From: an uncultured Methanosarcinales archaeon
GTDB lineage: Archaea; Nanobdellota; Nanobdellia; Woesearchaeales; JACPBV01
Direction of reading: 5' to 3'
NCBI GenBank assembly: GCA_964618315.1
Contig: CAZTWQ010000004.1
Span: forward strand, 15,866 to 79,865
DNA: 64,000 nt
Below, piece by piece: positions 29,354 through 38,058 of the stretch (positions are counted from its first letter, which is position 1; each line of letters opens with the position of its first letter). Made by a program: the position numbers and the translations under genes. The notes below the pieces were generated by a model, which was not told the DNA's origin, ran no database searches, and saw nothing but the letters and a program-made list of their open reading frames with translations.

Positions 29354-29519
29354 ATTATCTAGTTTCTCCCTTATTATTTAAATCTTTTTCTAATGGTCAT
29401 CCAAAACGACCTACAGATTAAAACAAATCATATTTATTAAGATATATTTTCATAACATCTTTTATTGATATAATTAGAAAACTTTTAATAATAGCTTTAA
29501 TTTACCCAAATTAATTCAA

Positions 29520-29942
29520 ATGACATATACTAATACCCTACAAAATATGGGATCACATTGTCTGGAACAAGCAATATATCTCTTTATGCCAGCTAGCGAA
29601 CTAAAAAGCACACTTCTTGATAAAGCTAAAGCACATAGTGGACGTAAAGCCCTTATGGCCTCAGGTTGTGTTGTGGAGATGGTTGTTGCAAACGCCGTTG
29701 CTATCGGATTAGATGCAATGGTGGATAACGAACTTTTTATTTTAAAAGCAATAACTGTAGGGTGGTCTGCTGCTCTGGCAAGATATGTTCATAATTCTGC
29801 AATTCATCAGGAGAATGGACCAGAACATGAAAATTTAGTTGGAAACTATGCAATTGAAGCATTGTATTTACCTATTAGAGCAGTAAAAGCGTTAAAAAAA
29901 TATTGTAATAATTACATGCATCAAGCTAGAAATCCAGTATAA
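29520..29942 (+). CDS. Hypothetical protein (orphan)
   Basis: 140-aa ORF with no recognisable motif. Ala/Leu-rich and Lys-poor relative to its neighbours. Confidence 0.4.
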   Translation: MTYTNTLQNMGSHCLEQAIYLFMPASELKSTLLDKAKAHSGRKALMASGCVVEMVVANAVAIGLDAMVDNELFILKAITVGWSAALARYVHNSAIHQENGPEHENLVGNYAIEALYLPIRAVKALKKYCNNYMHQARNPV

Positions 29943-29943
29943 C

Positions 29944-30651
29944 TTACTTCTTTTTCCCAATATAATAAATCCAATAAAAGAATACCATAATATAAACAAT
30001 TGAAACAATAACAAATATCTTAGTCAATAACGGATTACCTTTTATTACATCACTCCCAAAATAAGATTGAACAAAGACCAAAGGCGCCAACCCCAATGCA
30101 GTACCTAGTATTAATTGTTTTGCAGGCATCTTAGTTAACCCAGCAAGATAACTAAATATATCTGATGATGTTATTGGATTAATTCTTAATAAAAAAATAG
30201 CATGGCTGCCATACTTTCTTGAAAATTTATCAAACTGATTCAATTTCTTCTTATCTATTTTCTTCTCAACAATTTTCCTGCCATATCTTCTGGCAATAGC
30301 AAAAGCAACCCATGCCCCGATTATATTACCCAGTAAAGCACCCACCCCACCTAAAAATGTTCCAAATAAAATCCCGCCAACAGCATATAATATCACACTA
30401 GGGATAGGTGCAACAATAACCTCAACAATAACTAAGATAATAAATATTAAAAGAGACAGATAACCAAAAGACTCAACAAAATCAACAACAGAATTAAAAT
30501 CTCTTTCTAATAATATATTTGATATTCCTCCTCGATTATAACTGACCAATATCAATAACCCCAATAAGACTACAGCCAAAGTAAGTGCTTTATGATTCAA
30601 GAAAAAACACATTATGCCTTTTTCTTTACAAGTTGTTGATTTATTTTTCAT
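29944..30651 (-). CDS. DedA / TVP38-TMEM64 family membrane protein
   Basis: Multi-pass membrane protein with VAPIPSVILYAVGGILFG ... AFAIARRYGRK, typical of the SNARE-associated DedA family. Confidence 0.7.
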   Translation of the reverse strand: MKNKSTTCKEKGIMCFFLNHKALTLAVVLLGLLILVSYNRGGISNILLERDFNSVVDFVESFGYLSLLIFIILVIVEVIVAPIPSVILYAVGGILFGTFLGGVGALLGNIIGAWVAFAIARRYGRKIVEKKIDKKKLNQFDKFSRKYGSHAIFLLRINPITSSDIFSYLAGLTKMPAKQLILGTALGLAPLVFVQSYFGSDVIKGNPLLTKIFVIVSIVYIMVFFYWIYYIGKKK

Positions 30652-31195
30652 TCTTCTTCAGATAATCCATCAACTTCAAGACAGCATTTCTCCTAAACTT
30701 CTTCATCCCCTCACAATCAGACATTTCACCATATGTCTTACGAGAACCTACTGGAATAACTATAGGGTCATGACCAAAACCATTCTTCCCCCTGATCTTG
30801 GTTGCAATCTTTAACTTTTCAACCCCTAAAAAACTAACTGGCTTTTTCCCAGGCTCACAATAACCAACAGCACTCATATACATCGCTTCCCTATTTTTAA
30901 CACCTTTCATCAGCTTCAATATGCCTTTTAACCCTATCCTTTTATGGATATAAGCAGAATTCGTACCTGGCAGCCCATTTAATGCTTTGATAAAAAGCCC
31001 GGAATCTTCGACAACTATCCCTTTCTTTAATGTATCAGCAAGTTGTTTTGCAGCAAGCCTTGCTATCTCTTCAGGATCATCAGAACGAAGCTCAGGATAA
31101 TCTATCGCCATCTGCTCAACTTTAACATTTGGCTCAAGAATCTGTTTAAACTCTTTTACCTTTCCTTTATTACAGGTTATAAAGAATATTTTCAT
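30641..31195 (-). CDS. Non-canonical purine NTP pyrophosphatase (HAM1/RdgB/ITPase family)
   Basis: MKIFFITCNKGKVKEF, EDSGL..ALNGLPG and GFGHDP. Confidence 0.85.
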   Translation of the reverse strand: MKIFFITCNKGKVKEFKQILEPNVKVEQMAIDYPELRSDDPEEIARLAAKQLADTLKKGIVVEDSGLFIKALNGLPGTNSAYIHKRIGLKGILKLMKGVKNREAMYMSAVGYCEPGKKPVSFLGVEKLKIATKIRGKNGFGHDPIVIPVGSRKTYGEMSDCEGMKKFRRNAVLKLMDYLKKNEK

Positions 31196-31270
31196 GTATA
31201 TAAGAAAAAAGATTTAGTATTTAAAGTTTTAGAAAAAATATTATTATTACTTCTATTTATTATATTCACT

Positions 31271-31750
31271 TCATAATCTATTGTGCATTGATAATAACAC
31301 TCCAGTCGGTATTCTATCTGCCCAATTAAGTGCAGTGTTATCTACCCCCTTATAATCTCTTAAACCCTTAACTTGGTCTATTAATCTTCTTGAATATGAT
31401 CTATTTGTCCTACTATATCTTCCATCTGGTTCAAATACTGCAAGAACACTTCCACTTGTAATATCATCTACACTACTTACTGCCTCAAAACCACCACCAT
31501 TCATCTTTGCAATTGTAACTCCAGCTACATTAGCACTTAGGATATATCTCATCAAATCAATTCTTTGCATAAAAGAAGTTTCAATTCTACTACCTGGATC
31601 ATAATAAGTGATGGAATGACCTGGAGAATCCCCCATATTTGGTCTTAAAGTTACACCACTTTTTGCAAGCTTTTCCCCCCATGGCCCATAACTATCATTA
31701 AGTGCTTCTATATGTCTTACTCTTCTTGAATTATACATCATCATAATCAC
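31271..31750 (-). CDS. Hypothetical protein (Arg-rich orphan)
   Basis: 159-aa ORF with 15 Arg against 5 Lys, all Arg codons AGA/AGG. No recognisable domain. Confidence 0.5.
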   Translation of the reverse strand: MIMMMYNSRRVRHIEALNDSYGPWGEKLAKSGVTLRPNMGDSPGHSITYYDPGSRIETSFMQRIDLMRYILSANVAGVTIAKMNGGGFEAVSSVDDITSGSVLAVFEPDGRYSRTNRSYSRRLIDQVKGLRDYKGVDNTALNWADRIPTGVLLSMHNRL

Positions 31751-31880
31751 TTCTATTTATATAAATTATATAGATATGGACATCCAACATCTTTATAAAT
31801 ATTACTATTTTGTTGACGTAATTTCAGATTTAATCAATAAATACATATTTACCAGAATATCAACCAATAATTCAGAAAAA

Positions 31881-33632
31881 TTACTCTTTCTTCTTTACAA
31901 CATCCAACTTAATGCTCAATTCCTTAAGCTGCTTATCAGATATCTCAGATGGGCAGTCATCCATAGGACATTCTGCTGCTTTGTTCTTTGGAAATGCAAT
32001 CACTTCTCTAATATCATTTATACCTGCCATCAAAGCAACTTGTCTATCTAAGCCTAGACCCATCCCACCATGTGGTGGTCCGCCATACTTATAAGCTTCA
32101 AGCAAAAATCCGAATTTCATTTTTGCCTCTTCTTCATCAATACCGATAAACTTCATAATCCTTTTCTGAATTTCTGGAATAGTAACACGGATAGATCCAG
32201 AACCAAGCTCAATTCCATTTAGCACAACATCCCATAGATCTCCAATCACTTCTTTAGGTTTTTTCTCAAAATCTTCTATAAACTCAGCCTTTGGCATGCT
32301 AAACATATGATGTTCTGGTTCCCATCTGTCTTCATCTTTGTTCCATGCAAATAACGGAAAGTCATTTACCCAACAAAACTTAAAATCATCATTCTTCACA
32401 AGCTCAAGATCATCTCTAAGCTTTACTCTCAATTTTCCAAGTATCTCATTTGTTGATCTCTCTCCATCAGCTATAAACATAAGTACAGATCCTTTCTTAG
32501 CTCCTGTCTTGGAAAGCAGTTTATCCTGCATTTCTTTGTTAAAGAACTTGACAATATTGCTCTCAAGACCTTTTTCAGTAACTCGCATCCATGCCATCCC
32601 TTTTGCACCATTTGTAGTTGCAAATTCAATATACTTATCAAGCTCTTTTCTGCTCATCTCTTTACTGGGATTTAAACATTTAACTTTCTCAGCTTTTTTG
32701 AAAACCTCAAAATCACAATCTTTAACAATATCAGTAACATCGATTAACTCAAGATTAAATCTTATATCTGGTTTATCCGTACCATATTTATCCATAGCTT
32801 CTTTATAACTAAAGACTGGAAAATCATCAAGTTTAATATCTAATACTTTCTTAAAAATATGCTTATATAATTTCTCGACAAATTCTCTAATGTCGTCGCT
32901 TTTAACAAAACTCATCTCAAAATCAAACTGCATATGCTCTGGCTGTCTGTCAGATCTTAGATCCTCATCACGAAGACATACAGCTGTCTGATAATATTTA
33001 TCAAATCCAGCAACCATCAATATCTGTTTATATAATTGGGGACTTTGAGGTAAAGCATAAAAACTTCCACCCTTGACTCTTGATGGAACAACATAATCTC
33101 TTGCACCTTCTGGTGTTGATTTCACAAGCAAAGGCGTTGTTATCTCCAAAAATCCATTATCATTAAAGAATTCTCTTCCAGCAGAAATTACATCATGTCT
33201 TAACTTCAATCTTTTCTGCATTATAGGCCTTCTTAAATCAAGATATCTGTATTTTAATCTCATATCTTCATTTGCTTCAATCCTGTCATCAACCTCCAAA
33301 GGGGGAGTTTCTGATTTATTTAATATACTCAATGAATTAGCAATAACCTCAATCTCACCAGTTGTAAGTTTAGGATTCTCCATTCCAGGTGCCCTAGGTC
33401 TTACCTTGCCACTAATCTCAATAACATCTTCTCTGCGTAAATGTTCTGCATTTTTATGTGCATCAGAACTATCTTTCGGATCAAACACAATTTGCGTCAA
33501 CCCATACCTATCTCTAAGGTCGATAAATATGATTCCACCATGGTCTCTTCTTGTGTTCACCCAACCACATAAAGTTACTTCTTTCTCATCATTCTTCTTG
33601 GTAAGTTCTCCACAAGTATTTGTTCTTTTCAT
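31881..33632 (-). CDS. aspS: Aspartyl-tRNA synthetase, long bacterial type
   Basis: 583 aa. N-terminal OB (GWVNTRRDHGGIIFIDLRDRYG), class II motifs (RDEDLRSDRQPEH, GGPPHGGMGLGLDR) and a ~130-aa insertion domain between motifs 2 and 3. Confidence 0.93.
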   Translation of the reverse strand: MKRTNTCGELTKKNDEKEVTLCGWVNTRRDHGGIIFIDLRDRYGLTQIVFDPKDSSDAHKNAEHLRREDVIEISGKVRPRAPGMENPKLTTGEIEVIANSLSILNKSETPPLEVDDRIEANEDMRLKYRYLDLRRPIMQKRLKLRHDVISAGREFFNDNGFLEITTPLLVKSTPEGARDYVVPSRVKGGSFYALPQSPQLYKQILMVAGFDKYYQTAVCLRDEDLRSDRQPEHMQFDFEMSFVKSDDIREFVEKLYKHIFKKVLDIKLDDFPVFSYKEAMDKYGTDKPDIRFNLELIDVTDIVKDCDFEVFKKAEKVKCLNPSKEMSRKELDKYIEFATTNGAKGMAWMRVTEKGLESNIVKFFNKEMQDKLLSKTGAKKGSVLMFIADGERSTNEILGKLRVKLRDDLELVKNDDFKFCWVNDFPLFAWNKDEDRWEPEHHMFSMPKAEFIEDFEKKPKEVIGDLWDVVLNGIELGSGSIRVTIPEIQKRIMKFIGIDEEEAKMKFGFLLEAYKYGGPPHGGMGLGLDRQVALMAGINDIREVIAFPKNKAAECPMDDCPSEISDKQLKELSIKLDVVKKKE

Positions 33633-33678
33633 ATGATTATATTGTTTTAATACTATTTATAAAAGTTTTGTATAAGAT

Positions 33679-33895
33679 CGGCTGCGTTGAAAATATAGGT
33701 CGCCATCAATTCGTGAGCTTGATAGATAATCACTTCAAACTGACAAGGGGGAGGTCCCTTACGGGGAACCTCCGAATGAAATGAGCGAGGTACCAGAAAA
33801 TTCAAAGAATTTTCTCAGTAAGTCAGTTATCTATACCAACTTCAAAAAGCGAACCCGATGGCAACCCGAACGTAGTGAGATTTTCAACGCAGCCG
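33679..33895. ncRNA. Highly structured intergenic RNA candidate of unassigned class
   Basis: Nested helices. The 16-bp terminal helix pairs 33679-33694 with 33880-33895. A 10-bp helix pairs 33698-33707 with 33857-33866 (one mismatch). An 8-bp helix pairs 33722-33729 with 33827-33834, and a 5-bp helix pairs 33740-33744 with 33822-33826. Internal hairpins lie at 33750-33773 and 33795-33815. There is no ORF. Confidence 0.5.
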
Positions 33896-33987
33896 TATAA
33901 AATCTCCAAAATACTATTTAAGTTCAATTCAGTTAATATCTAATAATTAAGGTAAATTAATAAATAACAGACAATTACTAAAGATTC

Positions 33988-34695
33988 ATGACAAACGAAC
34001 TACTCTGGATTTTATTATTATTAGTTACATTTCTATTACAAATCCTAGCATATAGGCTATTTGGTAAAACAGGACTATATATATGGATAGCGATGGCAGT
34101 AATCCTTGCAAATATTCAGGTGATGAAAACTATTGGCATATTTGGATTAGTGACTGCAATGGGAAACATACTTTACTCAACAACATTTTTAACAACTGAT
34201 ATAATATCAGAAAATTATGGAAAAAAAGAAGCACAAAAATCAGTCTGGATAGGTTTCTTTATATTAGTCACAACAACAATAGTTATGCAGATTTCTTTAA
34301 AATTTATAGCTCATGAATCAGATACATTAAGTCCAGCATTACAACAAATTTTTGGTCTTCTTCCAAGAATTGCAATCGCATCCTTAATAGCATACCTGAC
34401 TTCCCAATTACATGATGTATGGGCATTCAACTTCTGGAAAAAGCTATACAAGGGAAAATACCTTTGGTTAAGAAACAATCTATCAACAATGACATCCCAA
34501 TTGATAGATAATATATTATTCACATGGATAGCTTTTGTTGGATTATTCGGTCTATTCGGATGGAACCAGGTATTCGGATGGAGCATCATAATCCAGATAT
34601 TCTTAGTTTCTTATGTGATGAAAGTTATTGTTGCAATAGCAGATACTCCTTTTATCTATTGGAGTAGAAATATAAAGAAAAAGAATAGATTATAA
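33988..34695 (+). CDS. yhhQ: YhhQ/COG1738-family queuosine-precursor (preQ0/preQ1) transporter
   Basis: 235-aa multi-pass membrane protein. The N-terminal region, the NILYSTTFLTTDIISENYGKKEA segment and SQLIDNILF resemble the VUT/YhhQ family. Confidence 0.7.
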   Translation: MTNELLWILLLLVTFLLQILAYRLFGKTGLYIWIAMAVILANIQVMKTIGIFGLVTAMGNILYSTTFLTTDIISENYGKKEAQKSVWIGFFILVTTTIVMQISLKFIAHESDTLSPALQQIFGLLPRIAIASLIAYLTSQLHDVWAFNFWKKLYKGKYLWLRNNLSTMTSQLIDNILFTWIAFVGLFGLFGWNQVFGWSIIIQIFLVSYVMKVIVAIADTPFIYWSRNIKKKNRL

Positions 34696-34698
34696 AAT

Positions 34699-35301
34699 CT
34701 AACAAAAAAACATCTCGGGATGTTCACTTCCTGCTCCCCTTTCTTGTTGTGGTCTGCTGACCTTAACTTTTTCCATAAAAGCATTTGCAATCTCTGCCTC
34801 GATTCTGAGTATGTTTCTTGCTTGGTCCAAAGCACCCCTATATCCTTGTTTCTGCCTTATATATTCAGGCAATCTACCTACTGCTTCTATAAAATCTTTT
34901 TCCTCATTAGGTGAATATGAATCTACACCCTTCTTAAATGCAATCCCTTCAAATTGACTCCATGACCTTATATCATCCCCTTTTGCATTGGAAAATGTAT
35001 CATTTGAAACATCTCTTCTGTTCTTAAACTCCAGCCAAGCATCATGCCTCATCTGATGGACAACATTATATCTAAACATCATACCTACAGCGTCTTCTAT
35101 TCCAATTCCTTCTAATATTGTTCCTTCATCTAATATTATATTATATGATTCAGTTCTTTCAAATGCCCTATTTCTTGCTCCATGGAAGTATTTATCTGCA
35201 ACATCACTAGGTAAAGCAGATTCCACAATGCCTTTTGTTATACTTTCAGCTGTTTCAAACTTTTGATAGGTATCTTGGAGTATTGCTCCTATGTCTGTCA
35301 T
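34699..35301 (-). CDS. Hypothetical protein (Arg-rich orphan)
   Basis: 200-aa soluble ORF with no recognisable domain. Confidence 0.5.
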   Translation of the reverse strand: MTDIGAILQDTYQKFETAESITKGIVESALPSDVADKYFHGARNRAFERTESYNIILDEGTILEGIGIEDAVGMMFRYNVVHQMRHDAWLEFKNRRDVSNDTFSNAKGDDIRSWSQFEGIAFKKGVDSYSPNEEKDFIEAVGRLPEYIRQKQGYRGALDQARNILRIEAEIANAFMEKVKVSRPQQERGAGSEHPEMFFC

Positions 35302-35364
35302 TTATTACCACCTTCTTTTAAGAATCAAAGTCTATTTATAAAGCTAATTTTTTAATAGACGAGA

Positions 35365-36570
35365 CTAAGAAAGCCATTCCTTCTTCAACTTATTAAACGT
35401 CCCTTTTTTAATCGATTCACGTATCTTTTCCATCAAACGAAGAATAAAATTCAAATTATGGATTGAAGCCAGCCTAAAATAAGTCAGCTCAGAAGCCTTG
35501 AACAGATGCCTAAGATAAGCACGAGAATGATTCTTGCAAGCATAACAATTACATGTTTTATCTATGGGTTTCTTATCAGATTCAAACCGTTTATTCTCAA
35601 TATTAAACCTGAATTTATTAGCCACATTCCCCCCACCAGATGGAGTTATATAAACATGACCTCTCCTAGCCCACCTTGTAGGTGCAACACAATCAAACAT
35701 GTCTATCCCTCTTGAAACAGCCTCAAACAAATCCTCAACAGCACCAATACCCAGCAAATGTCTAGGCTTAGAATCAGGCAAAAATGGGATTGTCCAATCT
35801 AAGATATTATGCATATCATCTTTTGACTTTCCCAACGAACCCCCAATTCCAAAACCATCAAAATTAAGCTTACCCATAAACTTTGCACTCTTTAGACGAA
35901 GGTCTTTATATTCCCCTCCTTGAACAATTCCAAATAAAGCTTGTTTCTTATCATAATACTTCAAACATTGCAAAGCCCATCTATGTGTCCTATCTAAAGC
36001 AATAGAAGTATATGTTTTTGAAGACAAAGGGGAAGTGCATTCATCAAAAGCAAATATTATATCGCTCCCAAGATTACTTTGAATATCCATAGAAATCTTA
36101 GGTGTAAATCTACGACGTTCACCACTTATAGGGTCCTTAAATGTAACCCCTGTCTCATCAACTTTGGCAAATTTCTTTTCTTTCTCATATGCTTTCTGAT
36201 GTTTTTTATTTGAAAGATCAAGATAATGATTAGCTATCTTTCCAACTTGATGTTCAACAGCATAACCTAAACTAAAAGCCTGAAACCCACCAGAATCAGT
36301 AATAATTGGCTTGTCCCAATTCATAAACTTATGAAGTCCTTTTAATTTCTTAATCAATTTATCTCCCGGACGAAGATGTAAGTGATAAGTATTTGAAAGG
36401 ATAATAGAAGCACCAAGTTCTTGAATATCTTTATTATCCAAAGCACGAATCGTAGCTGTAGTTGCAACTGGAATAAAATACGGTGTTTCAAATGAACCAT
36501 GATTAGTTTCAACAACACCCAACCTAGCTTTAGATTTCTTATCTTTTTTGATTACTTTAAACTTAAACAT
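35365..36570 (-). CDS. tgt: tRNA-guanine transglycosylase, short bacterial (queuine) type
   Basis: 401 aa. Motifs YFIPVATTA, FAFDECT, LFGIVQGG and the Zn motif CNCYACKNHSRAYLRHL...IHNL. No C-terminal C1/C2/PUA domains. Confidence 0.88.
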   Translation of the reverse strand: MFKFKVIKKDKKSKARLGVVETNHGSFETPYFIPVATTATIRALDNKDIQELGASIILSNTYHLHLRPGDKLIKKLKGLHKFMNWDKPIITDSGGFQAFSLGYAVEHQVGKIANHYLDLSNKKHQKAYEKEKKFAKVDETGVTFKDPISGERRRFTPKISMDIQSNLGSDIIFAFDECTSPLSSKTYTSIALDRTHRWALQCLKYYDKKQALFGIVQGGEYKDLRLKSAKFMGKLNFDGFGIGGSLGKSKDDMHNILDWTIPFLPDSKPRHLLGIGAVEDLFEAVSRGIDMFDCVAPTRWARRGHVYITPSGGGNVANKFRFNIENKRFESDKKPIDKTCNCYACKNHSRAYLRHLFKASELTYFRLASIHNLNFILRLMEKIRESIKKGTFNKLKKEWLS

Positions 36571-36630
36571 AATAAAGAAAGAAAAGTAATCATTATTTAA
36601 ACTTTCCTTTAATCATATACAGTAGAAATA

Positions 36631-37200
36631 TCATTTCTTCTTAATATCATACATAACTTCTTCCAACTTCTTCAGATTCCATTTTATAGAATCAGACTTT
36701 TTACGGATATTTCCATTTCTCAGATCAAGTTTTAAAAACTCTCCAAATATTTCTTCAACTAATTCCTTTATCTTAATAACTTCTTTATCATCTTTATGGG
36801 CTATAGTAACTGCTTTTCTTGTAAGCTCACCAGTAAAATCGCAGATACCCATAAGATAATCCCCCTCATTAACCTTTAAGTCTGTTGAAGTTGGAATCTT
36901 CTTATTCTTGATAAATCCATAATAACAAAGTGCCTCAACATATTCTTGGCATGCATCAGAATAACTACCTTCATAAATCAGCCTTTTACCCATAGATGCA
37001 ATCTTATCTAATTTAGACTTCTCATTCTTAACTTTACTAACTAACTCTTCAGCTTCTTTGATATTCTTCCTATGGACAGAATAAATCAACTGCTTAGAAA
37101 GCTTCAAAACATCCCTTGCTTGCTTGATTAAAGCTTCCCGATCTTTATCATATTTAGTTAATTTATCCCTTATATCATTAAAATCTTTTTTGTTTATCAT
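36631..37200 (-). CDS. Translin-family protein
   Basis: 189-aa helical protein. GDYLMGICDFTGELTRKAV matches the translin/TRAX signature region. Confidence 0.65.
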   Translation of the reverse strand: MINKKDFNDIRDKLTKYDKDREALIKQARDVLKLSKQLIYSVHRKNIKEAEELVSKVKNEKSKLDKIASMGKRLIYEGSYSDACQEYVEALCYYGFIKNKKIPTSTDLKVNEGDYLMGICDFTGELTRKAVTIAHKDDKEVIKIKELVEEIFGEFLKLDLRNGNIRKKSDSIKWNLKKLEEVMYDIKKK

Positions 37201-37230
37201 ATTAACCTAAAATTATTAACTATATTTAAA

Positions 37231-37265
37231 CTTTTTGAAATCAGAGATTTCAAAACGGTTTAAAA
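37231..37265 (-). promoter_or_regulatory. Palindromic motif just upstream of the translin TATA-like box, shared with the smc upstream region
   Basis: The minus strand reads TTTTAAACCGTTTTGAAATCTCTGATTTCAAAAAG followed by TTTAAATATA. It ends 30 nt before the ATG. Confidence 0.4.
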
Positions 37266-37475
37266 AATTTATTTTTTAAAACTTTTGGGATATTATGGCT
37301 TAGTAGAAAAAGTCCTACTACACTAATTATAACCACCTACTTCGTATGTGAACCTAGTTATTTCTAAAACTTTTGTAATTAAAAAACATATATTTCAGAA
37401 TACATGTGTTATGGTAGATGAGTTACTATTAAAAAATAGAAAGATTTATATATTAACATATTCAAGATTAGTTAT

Positions 37476-38039
37476 ATGACTACAGCATTTAGGGGCGTAA
37501 TAGAATTTTTTGCAGAAATCGGATTGTATGATGTGGTTTTACCGTTTCTTTTAGTCTTTACAATTGTTTTTGCAATCCTGGAAAAAACAAAAGTTCTAGG
37601 TACAGAAACAATTGATGGAAAGCAATATACAAGAAAGAATATCAATTCTATTACTTCATTTGTCATGGCTTTCTTTGTAGTAGCATCATCAAAACTAGTT
37701 GAGATAATAACAACCGTCTCTTCATATACAGTTATCTTACTTCTATTATCGGTACTCTTCCTTTTATTAGTAGGATCATTCATGAAAGAAGGTGATGGAA
37801 CATTTCTTCAGGGAAACTGGAATTATTTCTTTATGATCATGATGTTTGTTGGTATTGTAATAATATTTGTATATGCACTAGGTTGGTGGGATAAAGTTTG
37901 GGACTTCTTCAGATTTGAAACAGGTGGAGAAGTAGTGGGATCAATTATATTACTGGTTATAATCATATTGTTTATTTGGTATATAGTAAAAGGAGAACCC
38001 CATAGAGGGGAAATAATAAACAAAGAAGATTCAAAATAA
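37476..38039 (+). CDS. Multi-pass membrane protein, paralog 1 of 3
   Basis: 187 aa. Shared N-terminal pattern F..IGLYDVVLPFLLVFTIVFAILEKTKVLG and 4-5 TM helices. Confidence 0.6.
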   Translation: MTTAFRGVIEFFAEIGLYDVVLPFLLVFTIVFAILEKTKVLGTETIDGKQYTRKNINSITSFVMAFFVVASSKLVEIITTVSSYTVILLLLSVLFLLLVGSFMKEGDGTFLQGNWNYFFMIMMFVGIVIIFVYALGWWDKVWDFFRFETGGEVVGSIILLVIIILFIWYIVKGEPHRGEIINKEDSK

Positions 38040-38058
38040 AACAACGAGGTGTTTTTAA

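Noticed and set aside
33795-33815. Link between the hairpin AGAAAATTC-AAA-GAATTTTCT and the termini of the 7756/19460 elements (shared GAATTTTCT)
   Set aside because: Only a 9-mer is shared. My rough expectation for such an AT-rich 9-mer in this window is about one or two chance hits.
33679-33987. SRP RNA, RNase P RNA or preQ1 riboswitch assignment for the structured RNA upstream of yhhQ
   Set aside because: I could not find the GGAAAGUCC / ACAGAA RNase P boxes, the SRP helix-8 GGAA loop with AGCA motif, or a compact preQ1 aptamer with an A-rich tail. The class is left open rather than forced.
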